DNA from: Tubiluchus corallicola
Taxonomy: Eukaryota > Animalia > Priapulida
Length of the DNA: 64,000 bases
Reading direction: 5' to 3'
Assembly (NCBI GenBank): GCA_030141605.1
Contig: JAQGDQ010000242.1
Coordinates: 277,279 to 341,278, forward strand
The position numbers were made by a program, and so were the translations under genes. This document shows positions 1 to 34,400 of this stretch, piece by piece. The notes beneath the pieces were generated by a model. That model did no database searches, was not told the DNA's origin, and saw only the letters and a list, made by a program, of their open reading frames with translations. Each line of letters opens with the position of its first letter. The stretch's first letter is position 1.

Positions 1-23951
<23,951 letters not shown>

Positions 23952-25554
23952 TTTAAACAGATCTGTTTTACTACAATACTTGATGCGGCCAGGGTAACCC
24001 AGGTTGCAAAATATTCGTATTTGTTAACATGCCAGTGCGACCAATCTATTTTGCACCGTTTGTTGACTTGCCGAGCTGCCTAGAGCCTAATCACGTAACG
24101 CAAAACAACTCATGTCTGTCTCTATGTGTCTCATTAGATCGTTACTACAAACTCTAGCACTGATTCACCGAGTGCACGTAATTATCACAAATTTACTTAT
24201 CACAATCAAATCTGTACCGTAGGCCTTACTTGTATTACATTGTTGTCATCCTCGACTACTAGAAAATAGATGTAACGAATTAATCCAAATAACTGCAATA
24301 ACACATCGATAATAAGCTATCTCTGAAAAAGAAACGACGTGTAGCTTTTACAACTACCCGCTAGTACTATAACGTAATAATTGCGGGTTGTTCTTTTTCA
24401 CAACCAAAATTTCGGCGAACTTTTCGACACGCTCTATCACAGTTACAGCCGTCCATTTACTAATGATTCTGCAGCGCTTTCGACATCTAGCGGCAGAAGC
24501 ATCAATTAACGGTTACACAAGTTCTGTTTCCTCTAGACAGAGTAGAGTAAGTAAACAGAGATTCGTAGGATCCACTAGGCTGCAAAGCCGACTGGCGGAT
24601 ATTACATTCTCTGACTGAGGTCATTATGTACATGCCAAGTCACCAAACCCTACTACAACAGGCTAGGTGTTATATTTTAGTAGTACTGCAACTGCTTGAT
24701 ACGATAGAGAAAAAAATGGATAAATAAATACTCACACAGTGCCATAATAATTATTGTCAGTATAATTATATAATAATAATACAATATATTATAATAATTA
24801 TAATTTTTCATTGTCTGTTATTTTTTGTACAGTTTAACCCTTAGTAGTTACTAAGTTTTTTCATTTACTGAACTTGTTTCCTAAAATTTTGATCAAACTT
24901 AACTAAAGGTCTAACGTTATCTGTAAAAGTGAATATTATGAGCATGATTTTTACAAATTAATATATTATCTAAATAACTAAGTAAATGAAATGTGCCAAT
25001 TGACTTTCATGGTTTCAATATTTATTGTGTTTTCTGAACTTTTTTCTTTGTAAAGCTCTGCACTGTATTCAAATGTGCTACACACACTGTGTTCACCAAA
25101 AAAGAATCAGCATTGGTACAGTTTAATTATGGGCACTTCGTAAGCTAGAATGCACCATTGCTAGCTTAGGAAAATAAAATAATTAATGAAAAAAATGATG
25201 GTCACTATGAGTAATGACGATTAGTGCAATTTTAATCAATCTCAATCATGCTACTACAGGTACAAAACTTTTCCACTTAAATTCTTATTATTTCTTTATA
25301 CATGTTTCTCCAAACCAAGGCCACTGCAGTCGAAGTGAGGAATTTTAGCTAACTGTGGATATAAGACTACAAGTTATAAAAACTTGAATTCCTACAACTA
25401 ATTAGCTAGGAACAGGAGGTTCCTGTTAGTATGCTTCTGGAAGCGAGTGATCGAAGTGGCAGTTAGTATCAAAAAATTAGTTGTCCATGAGAGAAAATAA
25501 GTATTTCAAATAATATTCATTTGTTATCTTAAAGGACAATAGAAAAAGTTGTAA

Positions 25555-25640
25555 GGAATCTGACCTTAGCCTAGAATTGAACCAGAGACTTTTGAATTGG
25601 AAGTTTAGTGCTTAGAGCTAGACTGCTTCTGGCCTTGTTG
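25555..25640 (-). mobile_element. Degenerate tRNA-derived SINE head (tentative)
   Basis: Minus strand reads GTCTAGCTCTAAGCACTAAACTTCCAATTCAAAAGTCTCTGGTTCAATTCTAGG, with A-box/B-box-like spacing. No complete cloverleaf. Confidence 0.3.
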
Positions 25641-26310
25641 GAATTAAAAAATTTAATACTTCAAGAGTTTCACTTAATTCGTCACGGCGATGAATCATGA
25701 GAAAAATGCAATTGTCTTGGTAGTTTGCTTGCAACAGAAGAGGACATATCAACTATAAAGAAAAAAAGATGTAATGGTGTATCACCATAATTATTCAAAA
25801 ATCACAATTAAAACTTTTTGACATCAGGAAGATTTATTTTAAAACAAAAATTCGAATGTTCTCATAAGGCAAAGGAAATTATAAATAAGGGCTTCTATCA
25901 GAACCTAAAGAATAACCATCGATAAGTAAGATAAAAAGGTGTAAGTAAAATAAAGTAAGATAAAGCATTATGCATTTAAATACTTGGACTACTCTTAGAA
26001 GATAGCTCTTCAACAAACAATAAAATCAACCAGAAAACCACCAGGATGACAATTGTTAGCATTATTAGATTTTGCACTGATTTAAACTATTTAGCAGTGA
26101 TCTTTAGAGATGGAGACACTTCGTCCATTGCAAAGATTGGGGAGTCCTGCCATAAAGAAACGAACATAATTTTATCTTAGGTCCGCATGATTCAGTAGAA
26201 GAATGATGATAGTGATAAAAAATTTAATAAAACTTGAGCTTGTCCAGTAGCAAATATCACTAATTAATAAATTGTAACAAAGTTTAGTTATGAATAATAA
26301 TGATAATAAT

Positions 26311-26505
26311 TGTGCGGGTTTTGTGTTAATAGTGCTGCTCGTGCGTAAGTAACAGCAGTGCGTTTTCTTGTGAAGAAATGATTACTGTATGTGCCATCTT
26401 GCGTTGCTTTCCATTGTGCAAGTATCTTATGTAATGTCATACATTTACTCATAATAATATTTCCAAGCAACCTAAATATGTGTTCTTGTCTTTGGGAATA
26501 AAACA
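26311..26505 (+). repeat. 5' LTR (195 bp)
   Basis: TGTGCGGG...GGAATAAAACA; identical to the 3' LTR. Confidence 0.97.
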
Positions 26506-26518
26506 TGGCGCTGCGAGC
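26506..26518 (+). promoter_or_regulatory. Primer-binding site, complementary to the tRNA-Ser 3' end
   Basis: TGGCGCTGCGAGC immediately after the 5' LTR; complement of ...GCUCGCAGCGCCA, recalled as the 3' end of metazoan tRNA-Ser(UGA). Confidence 0.75.
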
Positions 26519-26553
26519 TAACAAGCCGAGTCAATAAGGGATACTACTTCGAC

Positions 26554-29500
26554 ATGGAAGGTAATGTTAACGTACCTGATGGTAATGCTCCGCCAGCAGT
26601 GGTACATACTTTCGATTTTCGAACAGCATCTGTCGCACGGCCTGATATGCTGGATCTCAGCATTCATAGGGGAGAACATTTCCGTTTATGGAGAACCAAG
26701 TGGGATTCTTATTTTGAATTGTCGGGCCTAAGCACAGCTCAAAATCGAACGCAGTACAATGCCCTGATTGTAAATTGCAGTGATGACACGCTTAAGGTTA
26801 TCCTTAACCTTGGACTTCCTGATGCAGAAAAGCAAAATGTACCTCGCATATTACATGAAATAGAACGCTATGTTCGTGGTAAAATCAATGTTGTGGTTGA
26901 ACGGCGTAACTTTCACCAACGCGTACAACGTGAAGGTGAAAATGTAGACGATTTCATCACTGACATCCGCGAGTTAGCAAAGTCCTGTGAATTTTGTGAC
27001 ACTTGCCTACCATCCTTGATCCGCGATCGCATTGTTGTGGGCATTCGTGACGAAGGTACTATTCGCAAATTATTGTCGCAAGACAACTTGTCACTGGAAC
27101 ACGCAGTAAGAATTTGCCGTGCTGATGAGGCAGCCAAACAACACTGTGAACAAATTAAGTCAGTGCCAATGATTAATAAAACTGCAGCAAGACCTAAAAG
27201 TCAGTATAAACGCTATAAATCTGTACAGCAAGGCGCACAAACTGCAAGCACTTCGCAGTGTGCCAAGGTTTGTGGCAACTGTGGTTCTTTGCACGCATCA
27301 CGTGACCGTTGCCCAGCAAAGGGCAAGACATGTGGTAACTGCGGTAAGCTTAATCATTTTCAAGCTGTTTGTCGCAGCAAAACTAAAAAATCTTCATTTC
27401 AGCCTCGGAGAACTGAAGGCCAGCTCAGTGTAATTCAACTGACTGGATTATTTCAGGTGGCTGCGCAAGAAAATCCACCAACAGTAAAAGTTAAAGTGAC
27501 ATCATTGAATGGGAACATTCTATACAACATGTTGCCTGACACTGGGGCTTCTGTTTGTGCTGGTGGTCTAGACTTTCTTTATGCATTGGGTGAAAATACC
27601 GCCAACATTGACAAACCAGTGCATCAGCCAGTGGCAGTTGATGGTCACCATGTTACTGTTGTTGGCACACTTCCGTGCAAAATTATGCTGGAAGATAAAT
27701 GGTTCGAGGACTCATTCCACATTATACCACAAATGACAGGTGCAGTACTGTCGTGGAAAGCTACAAAAGCCTTGAATTTGGTACCGGCAAACTATCCTAC
27801 ACCGCTAGCAAATTCTACATCTGTTAATGTGATGCGCAGTCTGCAGCCACCGAAGTCCCCGATTCCGGCACCTCGAAAATCGGCATTGGCAAAAGCAACA
27901 GCTGAGGATCTTATGGAGCAATTTCCGACAGTGTTTGATGGCGTCATACGCAAAATGCCAGGTGAAGAATTCCGCATCTCACTAACCGACGACGCCAAAC
28001 CATTCGCTGTGAATGCGCCACGCCGCATCCCATTTGCTTACCGCGATAAACTCAAACGTGAACTTGACCGTTTGCAAGAACAGAACATTATTACTCCAGT
28101 AACGGAGCCTACTGAATGGTGCGCACCGATTGTAGTCGCTCCAAAAGAAGATAAAGAGTCTGTTCGTATCTGCTGTGATTTATCACATTTAAATAAATAT
28201 GTGAAACATGAGCGCTACTGCTCCCAGACACCAGCCGAAGTGGTGACAGAAATCTCTGCACAAGATGCAAACTTTTTCACTGTCATCGACGCATTAAAAG
28301 GGTATCACCAATGCCCGCTCTCTGAAGAAAGCCAGCATCTGACTACATTTATTACACCGTTCGGTCGGTTTAAATATTTACGTGCTCCATATGGCATTTC
28401 TTCTATCTCAGAGCATTATAATCGTCGCATGGATGAAGCTTTTCAAGGACTTAAAGGCTACAAGCGCGTTGTCGACGATTTTGTAATCTACGACAAGGAC
28501 CAAGCAGAGCATGTCCAACACGTCAAACAATTTCTACAACGCTGTCAGGACCGCCAAATCGCGATAAACCGCGAGAAATTTCGATTCAGTCAAACAAAGG
28601 TAAAGTTTGCTGGTTTCATCTTATCGAAAGATGGGTACGAAATAGATCCGAGCATGACAAAGTCTATTAGAGATTTTCCTATTCCCAAAAATGTAACTGA
28701 CTTACGTTCATTTTTTGGTTTAGTCAACCAACTTGGATCATTCACCAACTGCATCGCTGATGTTCTTGCACCATTGCGACCTCTTCTTAGCAAAAAGAAT
28801 GACCTTTTGTGGGATAAATCTCATGACAAAGCTTTTGCTGAAAGCAGAAAACTGTTGTCAAATTCTCCAGTATTAAGCTATTATATGCCAGGTCAACCGC
28901 TACAGCTTCATACAGATGCTAGCAAGCTCAATGGTATAGGATATGTACTCAGGCAGTATTATCCAGATCGAACCTGGAGAGTTATTCAGGCTGGATCAAG
29001 ATTTTTGACCGACACAGAAAGCCGTTATGCACCCATCGAACTAGAGATGCTTGCTGCTGTTTGGGCAATGTCAAAGTGCCGCCTGTTTTTAGAAGGTGCT
29101 CAAAAGTTCGAGTTGGTAGTTGACCATAAACCACTCAAACCTATCCTGGATTCTCACCGTTTGGATGAGATCGACAATCCACGACTGCAACGTATGAAAA
29201 TTAAAATTATGCCTTTTAATTTCCGCACTACCTGGTGTGCAGGAGAATTGCACAAGGCAGCAGATGCATTATCACGTTCGCCAGTCTCGGCACCTGATGA
29301 AACCGATCATGAGAATGACTTGGAAATGAATTCATTTTTGCACATTATTCGTAGTTTGTCATTGGATGAAAGCAATTTAGATATTCGCATTGAAAACCTC
29401 AAACGTGAATGTGCTACTGATCCAGAATATCAAGATCTGATACAATATGTACTAAATGGATTTCCAGAAAAACGTTCTGAGCTACCATTACAGTTGAGAC

Positions 29501-30735
29501 CTTATTGGCCAGTTCATGACCGTATAGCCATGGATGATGGACTTCTCGTGGTAGGCTGCCGTTTAATCATACCACGCTCCATGCGTCGCACAATACTACA
29601 TGAACTTCACGCTAGCCACCAAGGAAAGGAAAGAACTAAACAACGGGCCAGAATGGTAGTTTACTGGCCCAACATAGACAATGATGTGGAAAATGTGGTC
29701 CGTTCATGCCGTGAGTGCCAAGAAGAATTACCGTCTCATTGCAAAGAACCAATGGTCACTCATTTGAAACCCACATTTCCTTTTGAATACTTATCCGCTG
29801 ATCTCGCCACTTATGCTGGTAAAGATTTTCTTATCGCTGTTGACCATCTTTCTGGATGGCCATTCGTGTATGAACTTAGTACACATGCAGATGCCAGTCG
29901 TGTTATAAGTGCAATGCGGAAGATATTTTGCCAGACTGCTGTCCCAACTGTTCTGTGGACTGATGGAGGACCTCAATTTACTGCTGCTAAATTTCGCGAT
30001 TTTCTCATTCGATGGGGGGTGAGACATCATACTAGTACTCCTCATTATCCTCAGTCCAACGGACGTGCTGAAGCAGCTGTGAAATCTTTAAAAAAGATTT
30101 TGAAGCGATGCTGGAATGCTAAAACACGTCATGTCGATGAAGATAAATGGACGGCAGCTATGTTACAATACCGCAATACACCCGCTGCTAATGGGAAGTC
30201 GCCTGCCCAAGTATTGTTTGGACACAATGTTCAAGATGTGCTTCCGGCACATCGACGTGCCTTCGCACCAGAGTGGCAGCGCTCCTTCCAGCAAGCAGAA
30301 GCCAAATCTACCGAGCTGCAGGAGTCACTCGTTGAGCGATACAACCGTGATGCAAAGCCTCTCAGTACTTTAGATGTTGGTGCTCACGTACTCGTGCAAA
30401 ACCATCAGACAAAGAGATGGGACTTAAGAGGTGTTGTTGTTGAAATTGGTAGACACAGAAAGTACTACATCAAAATGGATTGCAGTGGACGAGTACTTAC
30501 GCGTAATCGCTGTTTCATTCGCCGCAGGTATCCCGTCCTGCCTCCGGAACACAATGGAGTCATCGTAGAGGATCCGCCTCCACCTATGCATGATCGACCT
30601 ATACTTGCGCCATCAAATAATTTACCAGATGATCGCATTCCACCCGTGCCAGATATTTGTGCCCCGCCAGTTCACCGCACGAGATCAGGACGACCAACAC
30701 GTCCACCAACGAGATTCATTCAAGAGACATTTTGA
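26554..30735 (+). CDS. Gag-Pol polyprotein (Gag, two Zn knuckles, aspartic protease, RT, RNase H, integrase), 1393 aa
   Basis: CGNCGSLHASRDRC and CGNCGKLNHFQAVC knuckles; LPDTGAS protease; DALKGYHQ, PFGRFKYLRAPYG and VVDD RT; TDAS...ELEML RNase H; H-H-C-C plus ADL, TDGGPQF and SNGRAE integrase. PR-RT-RH-IN order is Gypsy; no env or chromodomain. Confidence 0.97.
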   Translation: MEGNVNVPDGNAPPAVVHTFDFRTASVARPDMLDLSIHRGEHFRLWRTKWDSYFELSGLSTAQNRTQYNALIVNCSDDTLKVILNLGLPDAEKQNVPRILHEIERYVRGKINVVVERRNFHQRVQREGENVDDFITDIRELAKSCEFCDTCLPSLIRDRIVVGIRDEGTIRKLLSQDNLSLEHAVRICRADEAAKQHCEQIKSVPMINKTAARPKSQYKRYKSVQQGAQTASTSQCAKVCGNCGSLHASRDRCPAKGKTCGNCGKLNHFQAVCRSKTKKSSFQPRRTEGQLSVIQLTGLFQVAAQENPPTVKVKVTSLNGNILYNMLPDTGASVCAGGLDFLYALGENTANIDKPVHQPVAVDGHHVTVVGTLPCKIMLEDKWFEDSFHIIPQMTGAVLSWKATKALNLVPANYPTPLANSTSVNVMRSLQPPKSPIPAPRKSALAKATAEDLMEQFPTVFDGVIRKMPGEEFRISLTDDAKPFAVNAPRRIPFAYRDKLKRELDRLQEQNIITPVTEPTEWCAPIVVAPKEDKESVRICCDLSHLNKYVKHERYCSQTPAEVVTEISAQDANFFTVIDALKGYHQCPLSEESQHLTTFITPFGRFKYLRAPYGISSISEHYNRRMDEAFQGLKGYKRVVDDFVIYDKDQAEHVQHVKQFLQRCQDRQIAINREKFRFSQTKVKFAGFILSKDGYEIDPSMTKSIRDFPIPKNVTDLRSFFGLVNQLGSFTNCIADVLAPLRPLLSKKNDLLWDKSHDKAFAESRKLLSNSPVLSYYMPGQPLQLHTDASKLNGIGYVLRQYYPDRTWRVIQAGSRFLTDTESRYAPIELEMLAAVWAMSKCRLFLEGAQKFELVVDHKPLKPILDSHRLDEIDNPRLQRMKIKIMPFNFRTTWCAGELHKAADALSRSPVSAPDETDHENDLEMNSFLHIIRSLSLDESNLDIRIENLKRECATDPEYQDLIQYVLNGFPEKRSELPLQLRPYWPVHDRIAMDDGLLVVGCRLIIPRSMRRTILHELHASHQGKERTKQRARMVVYWPNIDNDVENVVRSCRECQEELPSHCKEPMVTHLKPTFPFEYLSADLATYAGKDFLIAVDHLSGWPFVYELSTHADASRVISAMRKIFCQTAVPTVLWTDGGPQFTAAKFRDFLIRWGVRHHTSTPHYPQSNGRAEAAVKSLKKILKRCWNAKTRHVDEDKWTAAMLQYRNTPAANGKSPAQVLFGHNVQDVLPAHRRAFAPEWQRSFQQAEAKSTELQESLVERYNRDAKPLSTLDVGAHVLVQNHQTKRWDLRGVVVEIGRHRKYYIKMDCSGRVLTRNRCFIRRRYPVLPPEHNGVIVEDPPPPMHDRPILAPSNNLPDDRIPPVPDICAPPVHRTRSGRPTRPPTRFIQETF

Positions 30736-30820
30736 ATTTATGTTACATAACATACATGTTGCGTATTACCAGATTAATGTGTGGTGAAATTTGAATTCCT
30801 TAATTAGTTCTTAAGGACTT

Positions 30821-30830
30821 AAGGGGGAGA
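30821..30830 (+). promoter_or_regulatory. Polypurine tract
   Basis: AAGGGGGAGA immediately before the 3' LTR. Confidence 0.85.
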
Positions 30831-31025
30831 TGTGCGGGTTTTGTGTTAATAGTGCTGCTCGTGCGTAAGTAACAGCAGTGCGTTTTCTTGTGAAGAAATG
30901 ATTACTGTATGTGCCATCTTGCGTTGCTTTCCATTGTGCAAGTATCTTATGTAATGTCATACATTTACTCATAATAATATTTCCAAGCAACCTAAATATG
31001 TGTTCTTGTCTTTGGGAATAAAACA
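30831..31025 (+). repeat. 3' LTR (195 bp)
   Basis: Identical to the 5' LTR. Confidence 0.97.
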
Positions 31026-31035
31026 ATAATAGTAA

Positions 31036-31081
<46 letters not shown>

Positions 31082-31094
31082 TGTAGTAGTAGTA

Positions 31095-31146
<52 letters not shown>

Positions 31147-31165
31147 TAGTAATAATAATAATGAT
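31026..31165. repeat. Compound (AGT)n/(AAT)n microsatellite
   Basis: Seen directly. Its left remnant AATAATGATAATAAT lies just before the 5' LTR. Confidence 0.95.
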
Positions 31166-31285
31166 ACTAATAGATTAAAATGATCACAAAATAAAATTAG
31201 AAGGGGTCGCGTCGACAATATTTCAGAGTTTACTGCAAAGTCACAGGCGCAGTCGTGGAGAGTTCAGTGGCTGTTATAATGTTTT

Positions 31286-31331
31286 GCGCCATCTGTGTGT
31301 TCTATTGTAAAACAACAAATCATAATGGCGG
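31286..31331. promoter_or_regulatory. Two YY1-like motifs in the putative USP34 core promoter/5' UTR
   Basis: GCGCCATCT (31286-31294) and AATGGCGG (31324-31331) in a CpG-richer stretch 110-160 bp upstream of the ATG. Motif match only. Confidence 0.35.
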
Positions 31332-31442
31332 AAAATGTTTTTTGATGATGTGTAATAGTACTTTAGTAAACTCGCCGGTTTCGGAATGTGCAGTAAAATT
31401 CAAATAAAACGGCGTTACGAATTGTAGCATGTTAGTTTTACC

Positions 31443-34400
31443 ATGTGCGACACGTGCTCCGAGTTGCTGGAAGTTTTGGACTTGTGTAAGCATTGATGCA
31501 ATATTTTTCCTTTTTCTCTTGTGACCTACCTGTATTTGCGGTGATCTTACGTTGTATAATTAGTGAATTACATATATTTACTCAATTAATTTAGTACTTG
31601 CTTTATTTACTTGTTGTATCATTGTGCACTGTACTCTACTATCTATGTAGGCATTGTCTGTGTGTCTAATCTTTTGACTTTACTGTCGTTGAATTACCTA
31701 ACTTAATAATTGTAATGTAAATTATCTGCAGCTGTAACCGTTTATTTATCGCACCGTCTAGCAGCCGAGATGTCTCGATTGTAAATAAAACTCGCAAATT
31801 AAAACTTTAATTCACATCTCACGATGAATGAGAAGTCACTTGTTGGCTATTGCTGCATTAGTCAGTAGTCAGTTAATGGTGCTGAGATCCTGAAAAGGTA
31901 GGTGCTGGCTACTGCTGGCCTATGGCAGGATATAAGCTCCCATGTATGCAGGCTTGTTAAATAAACTAGGTAAAGTTGTTGACGATAAATATTAAACATA
32001 TAATTAATATAAATATTAAATATTAAAATGCTAAAATAACCAAATAAATTAAATGTTAACATAAGCTATTTATTTTATTTATTTTAAACTATTTGATTTT
32101 TATTTATGCCCCCAGAAAAGCAAAACATTTCAATACTTTATGTTTAAAGGTTGCTTGTGTATTTTCTGGCTCATCTGTGAGTTTATATGCGAATAATGTA
32201 ACTAGCTTTCTACAGATTAAACACCTTGGGTTTTCAATTGCTTTGGCAATTAGCAATGCCTATATCAAGTGAACTACTGCTCACTGCTCTGATAGTTTAC
32301 GTATCTACAATACATTCCACTGCTATCGCTTGAAGTACTTCACATTTGGTTTTTTCAGCAGACAATCAAGTGCATGCTTATTTGTTGAATATCATTGATT
32401 CGGGTTATCAAAACACGAGTTCACTTTGACAACATGCATATTGTAAAACAGTCTGATCAAGGGCTGGCTCATTATCAAGGTGGCCCTTTGAAAGGAGCCA
32501 CTGAACTGGCGGATTTGTCTCAGCCATGTTTGATTGTTTGCACGTGTACAACTTTTGCATGCATTCTCCCCTTATGAAGTAAATGGTCAGGATCAGTATG
32601 GTAGAGAAAAAATATTGAGGTCAAATGCAGGCGGTCATGACTTATCAGCCATTTACACAAAGCATATGCTCAAGGCCACTTGGCCATGAACTCCGCCAAA
32701 ATCTATGATGCTATAAGATACTTTATTTAATTGCTTTATTTTCAACAGTTATTTAATTAATGAAAAGTAGCTGTTCTGTGTTTCAGCTAGCTTAGTTTAG
32801 CTAGTAATGTATTTTAAGTCACTCTGCTGCAATCATCATTTGGTCAAATCTCAGCCTTCTTTTTGGTGGATTATTCTAAAAAATGCTTAATCGGGAGTGT
32901 TTTAATGGCTGTTAATTTTCCATATTGGTCTAATTTAGTTGTAGCGTAAAATCTACATCATATTCAATTGTTTTGGTAGATGAAACTCAGGAAGAAGACA
33001 GCAAAGATCTAAGCAAGGAACACATCATCGTATTGTTAAACTTTATTCAGAATTGGTCTCAGCGGTAAGGAATGATTAAATATATCTGACTTTACGAACG
33101 CATCATATATATTCAGTAAATTATAGTAACTTCTTATTAGCTGGCTAATTATGCTTTGTAAAATGTGTGCGATATTTTTATAGAAATCACTTGGGAAAGG
33201 TTTTGTATTTAAACTCAGATTTGCCTCAGATTAGTCTTTGGAACTGTTCAATTAATTAGTTATAAATTTCTTCATGCATTTATATGTAAGTGTTTTTACG
33301 ATACTTTTCAAACATTCGTGCGTGTGATTGATTACTAAGCAATCAAGTGGAACAAAATATAGACTGTTAGTTTGTTAATTACAGGCAGTGTCTTTGCTGT
33401 TGTAAAGATGGCAAGACTGTAGAAAGTTTTCAAGGAGTCATACAGCATTTTCTGTCTATAGCTGTTAAGTTTATAGCAAGAATCGCCAATAGCCATGTTG
33501 ACACGTCAGATGCAGAGCGGTCACCTGAAAAGAAAGGTAATACATAAATAAACATGTGACAGCCAAACTTCTCTTGGTACATTTGAAAGTGAGGTCTGTT
33601 TAATGGGTGGCCGTATTTCACTGCAGAGTATTTCTAAAATCAGAAGACCAGTTGTTTTCTATGCCAGAGCCATTTGCAGTTTCTTTTGTGACCCGATCAC
33701 TAGAAAGTGGCTTTCGCAAAATTTATTTTTAAGTTTAGCTGCTCAGTTATTTTTCTTATTAAATTCTTTTAATAAATAAATAATTAAATTGGAGATTAGA
33801 GAGCTGTGTTAAACTGGCACTATCATGCGTGATTTCTCTATTTCATTAAATTAACTCAAAAAAAGTTTGTTAACTGAAGTTACTAATTTAATAGTTGTCT
33901 AATCTAATATGTTTGAGATAAACTGGTAATAATTTTCATTTACCACGTTTTACTGAAATGATATAAAAGCTTGTAAGTGAGAATGTGACTGTGCAGTGGC
34001 ATACGAGTGCTGTAAAAATGATAATCTTTTTAGCTGTTTGTAGGGGTCATATTTTTATTTTGCAATATCTGACTTACTTTGAATGGTTTGTTAAAAATAA
34101 GGAATGATAAGCTGTTCTTGGTAAAAGTGACAAAACATATAACAAATCATCCAAAATTGTATGTAAAAATACACATATTTTTATATAATTTCACTATTTT
34201 ATAGTTACTCAACAGATGATTGACTATACAGTTCACTTTACAAATGAGCTTTCAATTTCTTTTGCTGCAGATTGCGACAAATTTCTGTTTAATTTACAAG
34301 ATGAAGCACCATTTAAGCTAATATAAAAGAAACAACACCAGCCTGAATTTCATTTTTTAATACTGTGATAGTATCGCATAAGTATAATTTCTTGGTCAAC

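Larger units (their letters stand above)
26311..31025 (+). mobile_element. Full-length Ty3/Gypsy LTR retrotransposon (Mag-like), 4715 bp
   Basis: TG...CA LTRs at 26311-26505 and 30831-31025, identical by eye. 5-bp TSD ATAAT (26306-26310, 31026-31030), PBS, PPT and an uninterrupted gag-pol ORF. Confidence 0.97.

Noticed and set aside
26288-26524. 78-aa minus-strand ORF, repeated within the 135-aa ORF at 30811-31218
   Set aside because: Antisense reading of the LTR plus a poly-Leu microsatellite; it is duplicated only because the LTRs are.
26913-30787. Short alternative-frame and antisense ORFs inside gag-pol
   Set aside because: Shadow ORFs of a long coding region; no env-like or accessory features.
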